Shown in pieces: positions 20,183 through 29,676 of a stretch of DNA of 64,000 nt. Positions within the stretch are counted from its first letter, which is position 1. Each line of letters starts with the position of its first letter. Source of the DNA: Acidimicrobiales bacterium. GTDB taxonomy: Bacteria > Actinomycetota > Acidimicrobiia > Acidimicrobiales > JACDCH01. The stretch is taken from NCBI GenBank assembly GCA_051000215.1, contig JBPCON010000033.1:757-64756 (forward strand), read 5' to 3'. Made by a program: the position numbers and the translations under genes. Below the pieces are notes generated by a model. That model had not been told where the DNA came from, made no database searches, and worked only from the letters and a program-made list of their open reading frames with translations.

Positions 20183-20937
20183 GATGCTTTGCCAACCCGC
20201 GGCGGCCGCGCCGCGCTCGCGACGAGATCGCGCACGATGCACGGTTCGCCCTGCGTGGTCGCGAAGGCGACGCCGCCGCCGGCAGCCGGCAACCACAGCT
20301 CCGCGCGGCGGGGGCGGGCGTAGACCCGTCGACCATCGGCTTCGACCGTGACGCGCCGCGCCCGCAGATGCCCGTGACCCTCGCCCAGCCCCTCCCAGGC
20401 CGAGGCCGTGACGGTGAGGCTGACGTCGGGGGCCTCGGGCCACGCATCGAGGCCCTTTTGCGCAGCCAGGATGACGAGCACCGAGCCCCGCTCGCGCGCC
20501 CGGGCAGTGAGCCGGCGGGCGTCGGCGCCTGCCACCCGAGCGGAGCTTCGCACGACCACGATGTCGAGCCCGTCGACCAACGTGGCCACCACGGTGGCCC
20601 ACTGCTGCTTGGGCGGTTCGGCAACGAGCACGAGGTGGGCGAGGTCGACGCCCAGCTCGTGGGCCGCTGCCAGCCCGAGGCTCGAGATGCCGACTGCTGC
20701 CACCCATGACCCTGCAGCCGCCGGGCCGGCCACCAGCGCGAGGGCAAGCGACGTGGACCCTCCCACGACCACTGTTGTCCCCCGCCGCAGCCCGTCGGGC
20801 AACAGCGACGAGAACGCCAAAGTGACTGGCAGCACGTGCTCGCGAGCCAAGGCCACCGGGCGGGCCCGTTCCGCCGCCGCCGCGAGCCGGTTTCTTGCTG
20901 TTGCTCCCTCGCTCCGCATTGCACAAGAATCGAACAC
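20179..20937 (-). CDS. imuA: RecA-like ImuA'
   Basis: LLPDGLRRG and RRLTARARERGSVL motifs; first gene of the cassette; start may be ATG 20919. Confidence 0.82.
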   Translation of the reverse strand: MFDSCAMRSEGATARNRLAAAAERARPVALAREHVLPVTLAFSSLLPDGLRRGTTVVVGGSTSLALALVAGPAAAGSWVAAVGISSLGLAAAHELGVDLAHLVLVAEPPKQQWATVVATLVDGLDIVVVRSSARVAGADARRLTARARERGSVLVILAAQKGLDAWPEAPDVSLTVTASAWEGLGEGHGHLRARRVTVEADGRRVYARPRRAELWLPAAGGGVAFATTQGEPCIVRDLVASAARPPRVGKAS

Positions 20938-20945
20938 CCGTTCGG
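20930..20945. promoter_or_regulatory. LexA (SOS) box
   Basis: TCGAAC-ACCC-GTTCGG matches the actinobacterial TCGAAC-N4-GTTCGA, at the imuA start. Confidence 0.88.
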
Positions 20946-20978
20946 CTGTGTCAACACGTGCTCAGCCAGCACCGCTGG

Positions 20979-22259
20979 TCAGGGGAAGAGGCCGCGGGCC
21001 TCGATCGCGTCTGCGACGCGCTCGACGGCGAGCGCGAACGCGCCGCGGCGCAGTGACACGCCGAGGGTCTCGGCCTTCGCCCACACTGCGATGAACGCTG
21101 CGTCCATGCGCGCTCGCAATCGCTCGGCAACGAGGGTGTCCTCCCACGCATAGCCCTGCCGCGACTGGGCCCATTCGAAGTAGCTCGCCGTCACCCCTCC
21201 GGCGTTGGCGAGGATGTCGGGGACGACGACGACGCCCCGGCGATCGAGCACCGGTTCACCCTCGATCGTCGTCGGTCCGTTCGCAGCCTCGACCACAACG
21301 TCTGCTGCGAGGCGCTCGGCAACCGCCGCGGTGATCACCCCACCGAGAGCAGCGGGGATAAACAGCGCACATGGCACGTCGTAGATGGCATCAGCCTCGA
21401 TCGGATCCCCGCCGGTGAAGCCGGCCACGGTGCGCTGCGCCGATGCGTGAGCCGCGAGGGCACCGGGGTCGAGCCCGCCATCGTTGCGGACCGCTCCAGC
21501 CACGTCGCTCACCGCGACGACGCGCATGCCGGCCGACGCGAGGAGGAACGCGAGTGGCCCGCCGACCTTGCCGAAGCCTTGGATCACGACGCGTGCCCCG
21601 ACGAGGGGCAGATCGAGCGCCTCGAAGGCCTGACGCACGCACACCACGACACCGGTCGCTGTCGCCCCTGCGTGCAAGCGCGTGCCGCCGATCGACAACG
21701 GCTTGCCGGTGACGATGCCGCCGAGGTGCTGCCCTGCGGTCATCGAGAGCGTGTCCATCAACCATGCCATCACGCGCCCATCGGTGTTCACGTCGGGCGC
21801 AGGCACATCACGGTCGGGTCCGAGGATCGGGCTCACCTCGTACGCGTAGCGGCGCGTCAACCGTTCGAGCTCACCATCGCTGAGCTTCGTAGGGTCGCAA
21901 CGCACGCCGCCTTTCGCGCCTCCGAACGGCAGGTCGGCAACCGCGGTCTTGAACGTCATCGACGCCGCCAACGCCTTGACCTCATCGACGTCGAGCCGGG
22001 GGTGGAAGCGCAGGCCCCCCTTCCCCGGCCCGCGGGTCGTGTCGTGCTGCACGCGCCAGCCCGTGTAGACCTCGATCGAGCCGTCGTCCATCCGCACCGG
22101 CACCGCGACCTCGAGCACGCGCTTGGGTGTTTGCAGCAGTCGGTGCACGCCAGAGTCGACGCCCACGAGGGCGGCAGCGTCGTCGAGCCGCGCCAAGACG
22201 GCCTGCCATGCGGATGGCACCACGAGAGTGTGCCCCAGCACGCCCCGCCGCAGGTGCAC
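20979..22259 (-). CDS. Glu/Leu/Phe/Val dehydrogenase (glutamate dehydrogenase-like)
   Basis: GPGKGGLRF, GGAKGG, PAPDVNT, QGFGKVG and NAGGVTASYFEW motifs; true start probably ~22223. Confidence 0.92.
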   Translation of the reverse strand: MHLRRGVLGHTLVVPSAWQAVLARLDDAAALVGVDSGVHRLLQTPKRVLEVAVPVRMDDGSIEVYTGWRVQHDTTRGPGKGGLRFHPRLDVDEVKALAASMTFKTAVADLPFGGAKGGVRCDPTKLSDGELERLTRRYAYEVSPILGPDRDVPAPDVNTDGRVMAWLMDTLSMTAGQHLGGIVTGKPLSIGGTRLHAGATATGVVVCVRQAFEALDLPLVGARVVIQGFGKVGGPLAFLLASAGMRVVAVSDVAGAVRNDGGLDPGALAAHASAQRTVAGFTGGDPIEADAIYDVPCALFIPAALGGVITAAVAERLAADVVVEAANGPTTIEGEPVLDRRGVVVVPDILANAGGVTASYFEWAQSRQGYAWEDTLVAERLRARMDAAFIAVWAKAETLGVSLRRGAFALAVERVADAIEARGLFP

Positions 22260-22273
22260 GCTCGCCCGTCGCG

Positions 22274-23029
22274 CTACTCCGCTGGCGCGGGCTCCTCGGC
22301 CGTCGCGGCGTCGTCGGTCGCCGCGACATCGTCGCCGGCCCCAGCACCTTCGGCGCCATCAGCCGCGACGGGATCAACCGCTGCACGCTCCGGGTCGGCG
22401 ACGCGTGCAGCCTCCTCGACGCCTTCGGCATCATCGGCCGCTTCGTCACCGCCGCCGGCACCCGCATTCTCAGCGCTCGGAGCCGCAGTGACCGAAGCGG
22501 GCTCGACGACCGCCGCAACAGGCTCTTCGGCGCCCGCAGGACCCTCCACCACGATGGCGGCGGGCATCCGCTGCCCGCTCGGTGACGCTGCCACCGAGTC
22601 CGACTCGGCGGTGGCAGCTGTCGGTGCCTCCACAGCTGCTGGCTCTTCTGCTGACTGCGCCGCGGGATCTTCGGTTGGCTCTGCGCGCGCCTCGGCGTGG
22701 CCCTCGGACTCGCCTGCCGGGTTGTCCGGCGCCTCGGCCGGCTGATCGGGGTAGAAACGAAAGAGGTTCCGCACGACATCGCCCAGGGCATCGCCGCTGG
22801 AACCGCGCGCCAAGGTGACGGTCACGACGGAACCGTTCATGTGGATGGCATCCACGCCCCCCTGCTCGAAGAGCCGGCGTGCGAGCTCGTCGACGGGGCG
22901 GTCACCCTCGACGAGCTGGCCAGCTGCCCAGCGCTCGTGACCCATCCCCGAGAGCGGCCGGTTGAGCTCGAAGCGAACGATGCCAGGGCGCGACGACGGC
23001 TTCTCCACGACGGTGATCGGCTGGCCCAT
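22274..23029 (-). CDS. Nfu/NifU-N-like domain protein with long acidic Ala/Glu/Asp tail
   Basis: ~95-aa globular N-terminus (RFELNR..LARRLF..VVTVT) followed by a low-complexity tail. Confidence 0.6.
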   Translation of the reverse strand: MGQPITVVEKPSSRPGIVRFELNRPLSGMGHERWAAGQLVEGDRPVDELARRLFEQGGVDAIHMNGSVVTVTLARGSSGDALGDVVRNLFRFYPDQPAEAPDNPAGESEGHAEARAEPTEDPAAQSAEEPAAVEAPTAATAESDSVAASPSGQRMPAAIVVEGPAGAEEPVAAVVEPASVTAAPSAENAGAGGGDEAADDAEGVEEAARVADPERAAVDPVAADGAEGAGAGDDVAATDDAATAEEPAPAE

Positions 23030-23094
23030 CGGGCGCGGACGGTAGCCGGGGGCATCCCTGGAGTGCGAGCCATCCGGCCCTACGGTCGAACGCG

Positions 23095-24225
23095 ATGGAG
23101 CGGGCCGAAGCTTCCCAACGAGAGGCTCCCGCGGTTGTCCGCGCCGTGCCGTGGCGCACGATCTGGGCGACGATCGCATCGGTCGTTGCCGCGTACGTCG
23201 CGTACCAGCTGTTCCTCTCCGTGACGCGAATCGTCACCTGGCTGGTGGTCGCCGGCTTCTTCACGATCGTTCTGACGCCGCCTGTCGACTTCCTCCAACG
23301 CAAGTCGGGGATGCGTCGTGGCCTTGCCACGTTCCTCGTCTTCATCGTCGGCCTCGGGCTGCTAGCCGCGATGCTCTACGCGTTCATCCGACCTGTCGTC
23401 GAACAGGCTTCGACGTTCTCGCGCGACCTCCCCCATTACGTGCAGGACGCTCGCGAGGGGAAGGGATGGATCGGCGACATCGTGCGCCGCTACGACCTCG
23501 AACAGAAGGTCACCGAGAACCAGGACAAGATCCAAGCGACGCTCACCGATCTGGGCGCGCCTGCGCTCGCCGTCGCGCGCACGGTCTTCAACACCCTCCT
23601 CGCGCTCCTCACGATCATCGTGTTGACGTTCCTGATGCTCATGGAGGGCCCGCACCTCAGCGAGACCGCGCTGAACCTCCTACCCGATGACAACAGGGAA
23701 CGTTTCCGCGTCGTCGCCGTCGACGCAGCGCGCGCCGTGTCGGGCTACGTCTTCGGCAACCTGCTCATCAGCGTGATCGCCGGCCTCGCAGCGTGGATCG
23801 TGCTCACACTCGCGGGCGTCCCCCATGCGGGAGTGCTCGGGCTGTTCGTCGCGTTCGCCGATCTGATCCCGCTCGTCGGCGCGACGCTCGGGGCTGTGCC
23901 GACGATCGGCTTCGCCTTCCTCCACGGGATCCCGGCCGGCATTGCCGCGCTCGTGTTCTTCATCATCTACCAGCAGTTCGAGAACCACGTCCTGCAGGTG
24001 GGCATCATGTCGAGGACGGTCAAGGTCAACCCGCTCACGGTGCTGATCAGCGTGTTGATCGGGGTCGAGCTGTTCGGCTTCCTCGGCGCCCTGCTCGCGA
24101 TCCCGGTAGCGGGCATCCTGCAAGTGGTCATCCGCGACATCTACGACGAGCACCACGGTCGGCTCAAGCCCGAGCCGACCGTCGGCGCCAGCCAGACCGT
24201 CGCAGCCAGCGCGACCACGGAGTGA
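23095..24225 (+). CDS. AI-2E family transporter
   Basis: multi-TM; LIPLVGA, QQFENH and GALLAIP motifs. Confidence 0.9.
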   Translation: MERAEASQREAPAVVRAVPWRTIWATIASVVAAYVAYQLFLSVTRIVTWLVVAGFFTIVLTPPVDFLQRKSGMRRGLATFLVFIVGLGLLAAMLYAFIRPVVEQASTFSRDLPHYVQDAREGKGWIGDIVRRYDLEQKVTENQDKIQATLTDLGAPALAVARTVFNTLLALLTIIVLTFLMLMEGPHLSETALNLLPDDNRERFRVVAVDAARAVSGYVFGNLLISVIAGLAAWIVLTLAGVPHAGVLGLFVAFADLIPLVGATLGAVPTIGFAFLHGIPAGIAALVFFIIYQQFENHVLQVGIMSRTVKVNPLTVLISVLIGVELFGFLGALLAIPVAGILQVVIRDIYDEHHGRLKPEPTVGASQTVAASATTE

Positions 24226-25028
24226 GCCCGCTTCGTTACCTGATGTGCCCGCCGGCGCACTTCGGGGTGCTCTACGAGATCAACCCATGGATGCACCGCG
24301 ACGTGAAGGTCGATCCAGAGCTGGCCATGCTGCAATGGGAGGGACTGTTCGCGACGATGCGTGCCGCGGGGGCCAGCATCGAGTTGATCGAGCCCGCGGC
24401 CGCGGTCCCCGACCTCGTCTTCACGGCCAACGCCGGCATCGTGATCGCGGACCTGTTCGTGCCGAGCCACTTCCGCCACGTCGAGCGCCAGGCCGAGACG
24501 CCGATCTTCACCCGCTGGTTCGCCGAGCGCGGCCACGACGTGCGCGTGCTACCCGATGACATGCGCCACGAAGGCGCTGGCGACGCCCTGCCCTTCGGCG
24601 GCGTGCTGCTGTCGGGCCACGGCTCACGATCGGACACGACAGCAGCGGACATGCTCAGCGCGTTGCTCGCCGTGCCCGTGCAGCCGATCGCGCTCGTCGA
24701 GCCGAGGCTGTATCACCTCGACCTCACGTTCTGCCCGCTCGACGACCGCCACGCCCTCTGCGCACCGTTGGGGTGGAACAGCGACGGCTTGCGCGCGATC
24801 GAGGAGCTCGTGGCCGAGCCGCTGTGGCTCACCGACGAGGAGGCTCTCGCCTTCTGCGCCAACTCGGTCGTGGTCGGGTCGACGATCGTCATGCCGAGCG
24901 CGCCGGTGCGCGTCGCGCGGCAGCTCGAGGCGTGGGGCTACGAGGTCGTCGAATGCTCGGTCGGCGAGTTCTTGAAGGCGGGCGGGGGCTGTCGCTGCCT
25001 CACGCTCGCGCTCGACGTCGATCTGTGA
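24222..25028 (+). CDS. amidinotransferase / dimethylarginine dimethylaminohydrolase family
   Basis: YEINPWM, PDLVFTAN, EGAGD, YHLD and KAGGGCRCLT motifs; GTGA overlap. Confidence 0.88.
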   Translation: MSPLRYLMCPPAHFGVLYEINPWMHRDVKVDPELAMLQWEGLFATMRAAGASIELIEPAAAVPDLVFTANAGIVIADLFVPSHFRHVERQAETPIFTRWFAERGHDVRVLPDDMRHEGAGDALPFGGVLLSGHGSRSDTTAADMLSALLAVPVQPIALVEPRLYHLDLTFCPLDDRHALCAPLGWNSDGLRAIEELVAEPLWLTDEEALAFCANSVVVGSTIVMPSAPVRVARQLEAWGYEVVECSVGEFLKAGGGCRCLTLALDVDL

Positions 25029-25366
25029 GCTTGCACGCCCAGCGCGATCGAAACGGCCGCGAGCGTGAGGTGCACGGCGATGAATGCCGCGCCGCGACCG
25101 CCGACGAGCATCGAGATCGCTGAGGCTGTCCACGACGCGACGGTCACCGCGAGCACGACGTCGACGATGCGCTGCCGCGGCAGGGTCGTCGAACGCGCTG
25201 CGACGAGAAGCGCGAGCGCTCCAAAGACGAGCACCATCGACCACACGACGATGGCGGCCTTGGTCACGGAGGTGCTCGTGTCGTCGCCCAGCGCGTTCTT
25301 GATGCGCGTGCCCCAGCAGTATCCGGTCCAGACCGCGAAGGCGGTGATCCAACGGCGAGCGGTCAC
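24938..25366 (-). CDS. small membrane protein
   Basis: four hydrophobic segments, WGTRIKN and AVHLTLA; the 3' end overlaps the convergent gene by ~90 nt, so the end is uncertain. Confidence 0.6.
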   Translation of the reverse strand: MTARRWITAFAVWTGYCWGTRIKNALGDDTSTSVTKAAIVVWSMVLVFGALALLVAARSTTLPRQRIVDVVLAVTVASWTASAISMLVGGRGAAFIAVHLTLAAVSIALGVQAHRSTSSASVRQRQPPPAFKNSPTEHSTTS

Positions 25367-25373
25367 CCCACCA

Positions 25374-25553
25374 TCATCCCGGAGGCGAGCCCCCGACCTC
25401 CACATCGGGATCCTCGATCGGGGTGTCTCGATCGCCGTCGGCAAAGTGGTTCTCGTCGGGATCGGGGATGGCGTCGTGGTCTTGGGCCTGCTTGCGGGCC
25501 TGGTCGATCTCGGCCCCGACCTCGTCGAGGCGCTCCTGCTGCGGGTCGCTCAT
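25374..25553 (-). CDS. small acidic hypothetical protein (59 aa, not in ORF track)
   Basis: MSDPQQERLDEVGAEIDQARKQAQDHDAIPDPDENHF...SPPG; high-GC3 codons; TAGAAC 6 nt before ATG. Confidence 0.65.
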   Translation of the reverse strand: MSDPQQERLDEVGAEIDQARKQAQDHDAIPDPDENHFADGDRDTPIEDPDVEVGGSPPG

Positions 25554-25588
25554 GGCCCAGTTCTACCCCCGGCGACGAGACCGGCTAC

Positions 25589-25606
25589 CTTGACCGCTCA
25601 GTCAAG
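25589..25606. promoter_or_regulatory. palindromic operator candidate CTTGAC-N6-GTCAAG
   Basis: cttgac cgctca gtcaag, upstream of an acyl-CoA dehydrogenase. Confidence 0.5.
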
Positions 25607-25633
25607 TTTGTGTGCGACGCGAGGGAGCAGCCG

Positions 25634-26899
25634 GTGACCGACGTCTCGACCGAGGAGCTCGCCGAGGAGGCAAGGGCCTTCCTCGGCGCCAACGCCAAGC
25701 CGAAGAAGGGCGACGACAAGCCCTTTCGCTGGGGTGAGGGCGAGGATGACATGGCCCTCTTCGACGAGGTCGATCGCGAGAAGGAGAAGGCCGACAAAGC
25801 CGAGGCACAAGCGTTCCGCGCGAAGCGCTACGACGCTGGCCTCGGGTGGATCAGCGGCCCGAAGCAGTTCGGCGGGCGCGAGCTCTCCCAAGCCCACGAG
25901 CGCGCCTATGCCGCCGTCGAGGCTCGCTACGACATCCCGTCCATGGGTTTCTTCGGGATCGGTCTCGGCATGGTCGCGCCGACGATCCTCGCCCACGCGC
26001 AACCCCACATCGCCGAGCGGTACCTGCCGAAGATGTGGCGCGGCGACATCGTCGCCTGCCAGCTCTTCTCCGAACCCGGCGCGGGCTCCGACCTTGCTTC
26101 GCTCACGGCGCGCGCCGAGCGCGACGGCGACGAGTGGATCCTGAACGGTCAGAAGGTGTGGACCTCCGGCGCGCACTACAGCGACATCGGCGAGATCATC
26201 TGCCGCACCGACGTCGAGCTGCCGAAGCACCGCGGTCTCACCGGATTCGTCGTCGACATGCACGCTCCTGGCGTGGAGGTGCGCCCGTTGCGCCAGATGA
26301 CAGGCGGCGCTTCGTTCAACGAGGTCTTCTTCAACGACGTCCGGGTGCCCGACGACCACCGCCTCGGCGACGTGAACCAAGGCTGGACCGTTGCGCTCAC
26401 GACGCTCATGAACGAGCGGGCCTCGATCGGCGCCGGCGGTGTCGCGAGCGGTGGCATGGGCGGCATCGGCAACGCGCAGCGACTGATCGAGATGGTCCGC
26501 CACTTCGGTCTCGACGACGATCCGGTCACGCGTCAAGAGCTCGCCAAGGTCTACATCGGTTTCCAGGTCGCCAAGCTGAACAACCAGCGGGCCATGGACA
26601 AGATCAAGGCAGGCCAGGCCCCGGGTCCTGAGCTGTCGGGCGCCAAGCTCTCGCTCACCCAGAACATGAAAGCGGTCTCGGAGTTCGTGGCCCGCGTGCT
26701 CGGACCGCGCATCATCGCGAACAGCGGCGAGTGGGGCACCTACGCGTGGAGCAAGTTCCTCATGGGGCTCCCCGGCATGAAGGTCGCGGGCGGCACCGAC
26801 GAGGTGCTGCGCAACATCATCAGCGAGCGCGTCCTCGGCATGCCCAAGGAGCCCGGCATCGACACCACATCGCCCTTCAAGGACATCCGCATCAGCTAG
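25634..26899 (+). CDS. acyl-CoA dehydrogenase
   Basis: CQLFSEPGAGSDLA, NGQKVWTS, FNEVF and GGTDEV motifs. Confidence 0.93.
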   Translation: MTDVSTEELAEEARAFLGANAKPKKGDDKPFRWGEGEDDMALFDEVDREKEKADKAEAQAFRAKRYDAGLGWISGPKQFGGRELSQAHERAYAAVEARYDIPSMGFFGIGLGMVAPTILAHAQPHIAERYLPKMWRGDIVACQLFSEPGAGSDLASLTARAERDGDEWILNGQKVWTSGAHYSDIGEIICRTDVELPKHRGLTGFVVDMHAPGVEVRPLRQMTGGASFNEVFFNDVRVPDDHRLGDVNQGWTVALTTLMNERASIGAGGVASGGMGGIGNAQRLIEMVRHFGLDDDPVTRQELAKVYIGFQVAKLNNQRAMDKIKAGQAPGPELSGAKLSLTQNMKAVSEFVARVLGPRIIANSGEWGTYAWSKFLMGLPGMKVAGGTDEVLRNIISERVLGMPKEPGIDTTSPFKDIRIS

Positions 26900-26913
26900 C
26901 GGCGCGCCCAGCT

Positions 26914-27165
26914 TCAGCGCGCGAGGCGGCGGGCGAGGAGGACACCGACGACGGTGAACAGCGGGATGAGCGCCGGGACGAGCAGCAGGCCCCCGCCGAG
27001 ACCGACGGCCGTGAGACCCAACAAGGCCGTGCCGATCACTCCGGTGGTGAGAAGTGCTGCCGGTGAGCCCTTGCCGACCGTGGCTTTCGTCGTGCGGGTT
27101 GCGTAGCGGCGCTCCACCTTGGCCGCGAACTCCGCTCGACTCTGCTCGAGCTCCGCCTCGTCCAT
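26914..27165 (-). CDS. small membrane protein
   Basis: TGATG-coupled to rnhB; two C-terminal TM segments. Confidence 0.6.
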   Translation of the reverse strand: MDEAELEQSRAEFAAKVERRYATRTTKATVGKGSPAALLTTGVIGTALLGLTAVGLGGGLLLVPALIPLFTVVGVLLARRLAR

Positions 27166-27863
27166 CAGAACAGGTGCTGCTGGCCGCCGGGGGCGAGACG
27201 GGGGACGCCGGTCCAGGGGAGGGCGTCCATGAACACCCATGAACGGCGGTGGATGGCAGAGGGCCCGAGGCCGCGGAGCGCCACCTTGTGGCGCGGGCAC
27301 GGGTAGCCCTTGTTGGCCTCGAAGTCCCAGTAAGGGTGGTGCTCGGCCTCGGCCCGCATGATGCGGTCGCGGGTGACCTTGGCGAGGATCGAAGCTGCCG
27401 ACACCGACAAGCAGTGGGCATCGGCCTTGATCATGCGGATGGTCGTGCCGCGCCCGACGAAGTCCCAGTTGCCGTCAACGACGACCCGATCGGCGTGCAG
27501 GCCGAGCCCGTCGAGCGCGCGGCCGGGCGCGAGCTTCTGCGCACGCGACATGCCAAGGGTGTCGCACTCCTGGTGCGTGGCGTGCCCGACGCCCCAGGCC
27601 AGGCACCAACCGGCGATGCGATCGAACATCGCCTCGCGCTCTGCCTCGGTGAGCACCTTCGAATCGCGGATCTTGTACACCCGCCGGTCCTTGGGCACCA
27701 CGGCGGCCCCGACGGTGAGCGGGCCGGCCCAGGCTCCCCTGCCGACCTCATCCATCCCGACGACGACGTCGTGCCCAGCGCTCCAGAGCGCTCGCTCGAC
27801 TTCGAGCGAAGGCCCCTTCGCCTTGATCGCCTTGCGCAGCTTCGGCGCGGTGACGGCAGCCAT
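27165..27863 (-). CDS. rnhB: ribonuclease HII
   Basis: DEVGRGAWAGP, DSK, AASILAKVTRD, NKGY and HRRS motifs. Confidence 0.93.
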   Translation of the reverse strand: MAAVTAPKLRKAIKAKGPSLEVERALWSAGHDVVVGMDEVGRGAWAGPLTVGAAVVPKDRRVYKIRDSKVLTEAEREAMFDRIAGWCLAWGVGHATHQECDTLGMSRAQKLAPGRALDGLGLHADRVVVDGNWDFVGRGTTIRMIKADAHCLSVSAASILAKVTRDRIMRAEAEHHPYWDFEANKGYPCPRHKVALRGLGPSAIHRRSWVFMDALPWTGVPRLAPGGQQHLF

Positions 27864-27888
27864 CTCGAGTCGACGTTAGCTTCGGGCC

Positions 27889-28212
27889 ATGAGCACCGAG
27901 CCCCCTACCAACTCGATCGGCTCGGCCGGGAGCATTCTCTCGATCGGTTCGGCTGGCGCGATCTTGTCGATCGGCTCGGCAGGGTCGATCCTCTCCATCG
28001 GGTCGGCAGGCGCGATCTTGTCGATCGGGTCGGCAGGGTCGATCCTCTCCATCGGGTCAGCCGGCAGCATCCTCTCGATCGGCTCGGTCGGCTCGATCCT
28101 CGCCGAGCGCGGCGCGTTCGTCGTTCGCAGATCAGGTGCCTTCGTCCGGCGGGGCGTACCGCGAGTGGCTGCTTTCGCAGCTGCCGGCGCGCTTCTCGCT
28201 GCTTGGGCTTGA
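27889..28212 (+). CDS. SIGSAGSIL tandem-repeat protein with C-terminal hydrophobic anchor
   Basis: seven 9-aa repeats with synonymous codon variation; TAGCTT 6 nt before ATG; ends 3 nt before the OsmC-family gene. Confidence 0.72.
   Translation: MSTEPPTNSIGSAGSILSIGSAGAILSIGSAGSILSIGSAGAILSIGSAGSILSIGSAGSILSIGSVGSILAERGAFVVRRSGAFVRRGVPRVAAFAAAGALLAAWA
27913..28101 (+). repeat. 7 x 27-bp coding tandem repeat
   Basis: degenerate units encoding SIGS(A/V)G(S/A)IL. Confidence 0.9.
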
Positions 28213-28215
28213 GCG

Positions 28216-28683
28216 ATGGCCACCGTCCACCACTACAGGACAACGTGTTCGTGGACGGGTTCGACAGGGGTCGGCTACGACACGTACGACCGCACCCATG
28301 TCGTCAGCGCGCCACCAGCGAACATCGAGCTCACGCTGGCGAGCGACCCTGCGTTCAACGGCGACGCGACGTTGCTCAACCCTGAGCAGCTGCTCGTGCT
28401 CGCTGCGTCGTCGTGCCAACTTCTCGCGTTCCTCGCTGTTGCGGCACGCGCGCGCGTCGACATCGTTGCGTACGACGACGAAGCCGAGGGCACCATGCCC
28501 GAGGACAACCTTCCGACGCGCATCAGCGCCATTACGTTGCGTCCCCGCATCACGGTCGCTGGCGATCACCCCGTCGAGAAGATCGAGCGCCTGGTGCGCA
28601 GTGCCCACGACCAGTGCTACATCGCAAACAGCCTCACGACCGTGATCACCATCGAACCCGTCATCGAAGTCCGCTCGGACTGA
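28216..28683 (+). CDS. OsmC/Ohr family protein
   Basis: NPEQLL..AASSC and AH..CYIANS motifs. Confidence 0.88.
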   Translation: MATVHHYRTTCSWTGSTGVGYDTYDRTHVVSAPPANIELTLASDPAFNGDATLLNPEQLLVLAASSCQLLAFLAVAARARVDIVAYDDEAEGTMPEDNLPTRISAITLRPRITVAGDHPVEKIERLVRSAHDQCYIANSLTTVITIEPVIEVRSD

Positions 28684-28689
28684 TCTTCG

Positions 28690-29676
28690 ATGCGCTACGT
28701 GGTGTTCGGAGCGGGTGCGATCGGGGGCGGCATCGGGGGGCGCCTCGCACAGCACGGTCACGACGTCACGCTCATCGCCCGCGGGAAGCATCGCGACGCG
28801 ATCCGCGACCTCGGCCTGCGCGTCGCCGACCCTGAGGGCGACGAACGCGTCGCTGTGCCGGTCGTCGAGCACCCCGGTGAGGTCGAGCTGATCGACGGCG
28901 ACGTCGTGATCATCGCGGTGAAGTCCCAAGACACCGACGTCGCCCTTCGCGACCTTGCCGCGGTGGCCCCACCGAGCATCAGCGTGGCGTGCGCCCAGAA
29001 CGGCGTCGAGAACGAGCGGCTCGCGGCGCGGCGCTTCGAATTCGTGTACGGCGTGTTGGTCGTCATGCCCGCGACGCACCTCGAGCCGGGCGAGGTGCTC
29101 ATCCACACGCATCCCATCAGCGGCATCCTCGACGTCGGCCGTTACCCATCGGGTTCCGACAAGCGCGCCGAGCAGATCGTCGCCGACCTCAGCGCTTCGA
29201 CGTTCAGCTCCTTCGTCGATCCGCGGATCATGCGGGCGAAGTACGGCAAGCTCCTGCTCAACCTCGGCAACGCGATCGAGGCGCTCACCGGCGAGCGATC
29301 CTTCGGCGTCGGCCAGCTCTACGAGCGGGCACGAACCGAGGCCGAGGCGTGTTACGCCGCAGCCGGCATCGATGCGGGAACGGCCGAGGACGACAGAGCG
29401 CGGCGCGGCGAGCTGATGCACCTTCGCCCAGCCGGAGGCCGAACAAGGAGCAAGGGCTCGTCCTGGCAGAGCTTGGCTCGCGGCAAGGGATCGATCGAGG
29501 TCGACCACCTCAACGGAGAGATCTCGTTGCTCGGTCGGCTGCATGGCGTTGCGACGCCGGTGAACGCTGCCTTGCAACGCATCGCAAACCGCGCTGCGCG
29601 CGAAGGCGTCGAGGCGGGCTCGATGTCGATCGCCGACCTCACCGCAGCCGTCGACCGCCTGGTTCTGAGTCCCTAG
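28690..29676 (+). CDS. ketopantoate reductase (PanE/ApbA) family
   Basis: GAGAIG, AVKS, AQNG, KLLLN, SSWQS and E.DHLNGE motifs. Confidence 0.85.
   Translation: MRYVVFGAGAIGGGIGGRLAQHGHDVTLIARGKHRDAIRDLGLRVADPEGDERVAVPVVEHPGEVELIDGDVVIIAVKSQDTDVALRDLAAVAPPSISVACAQNGVENERLAARRFEFVYGVLVVMPATHLEPGEVLIHTHPISGILDVGRYPSGSDKRAEQIVADLSASTFSSFVDPRIMRAKYGKLLLNLGNAIEALTGERSFGVGQLYERARTEAEACYAAAGIDAGTAEDDRARRGELMHLRPAGGRTRSKGSSWQSLARGKGSIEVDHLNGEISLLGRLHGVATPVNAALQRIANRAAREGVEAGSMSIADLTAAVDRLVLSP

Noticed and set aside
27913-28101. Possible CRISPR array or non-coding VNTR
   Set aside because: Units are contiguous, 27 bp, without spacers, and vary synonymously in a reading frame; no cas genes are present.
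27876-28223. Antisense repeat ORF (EPIERMLPA units)
   Set aside because: Amino acids vary between units whereas the plus-strand peptide is conserved; promoter and operon context favour the plus strand.
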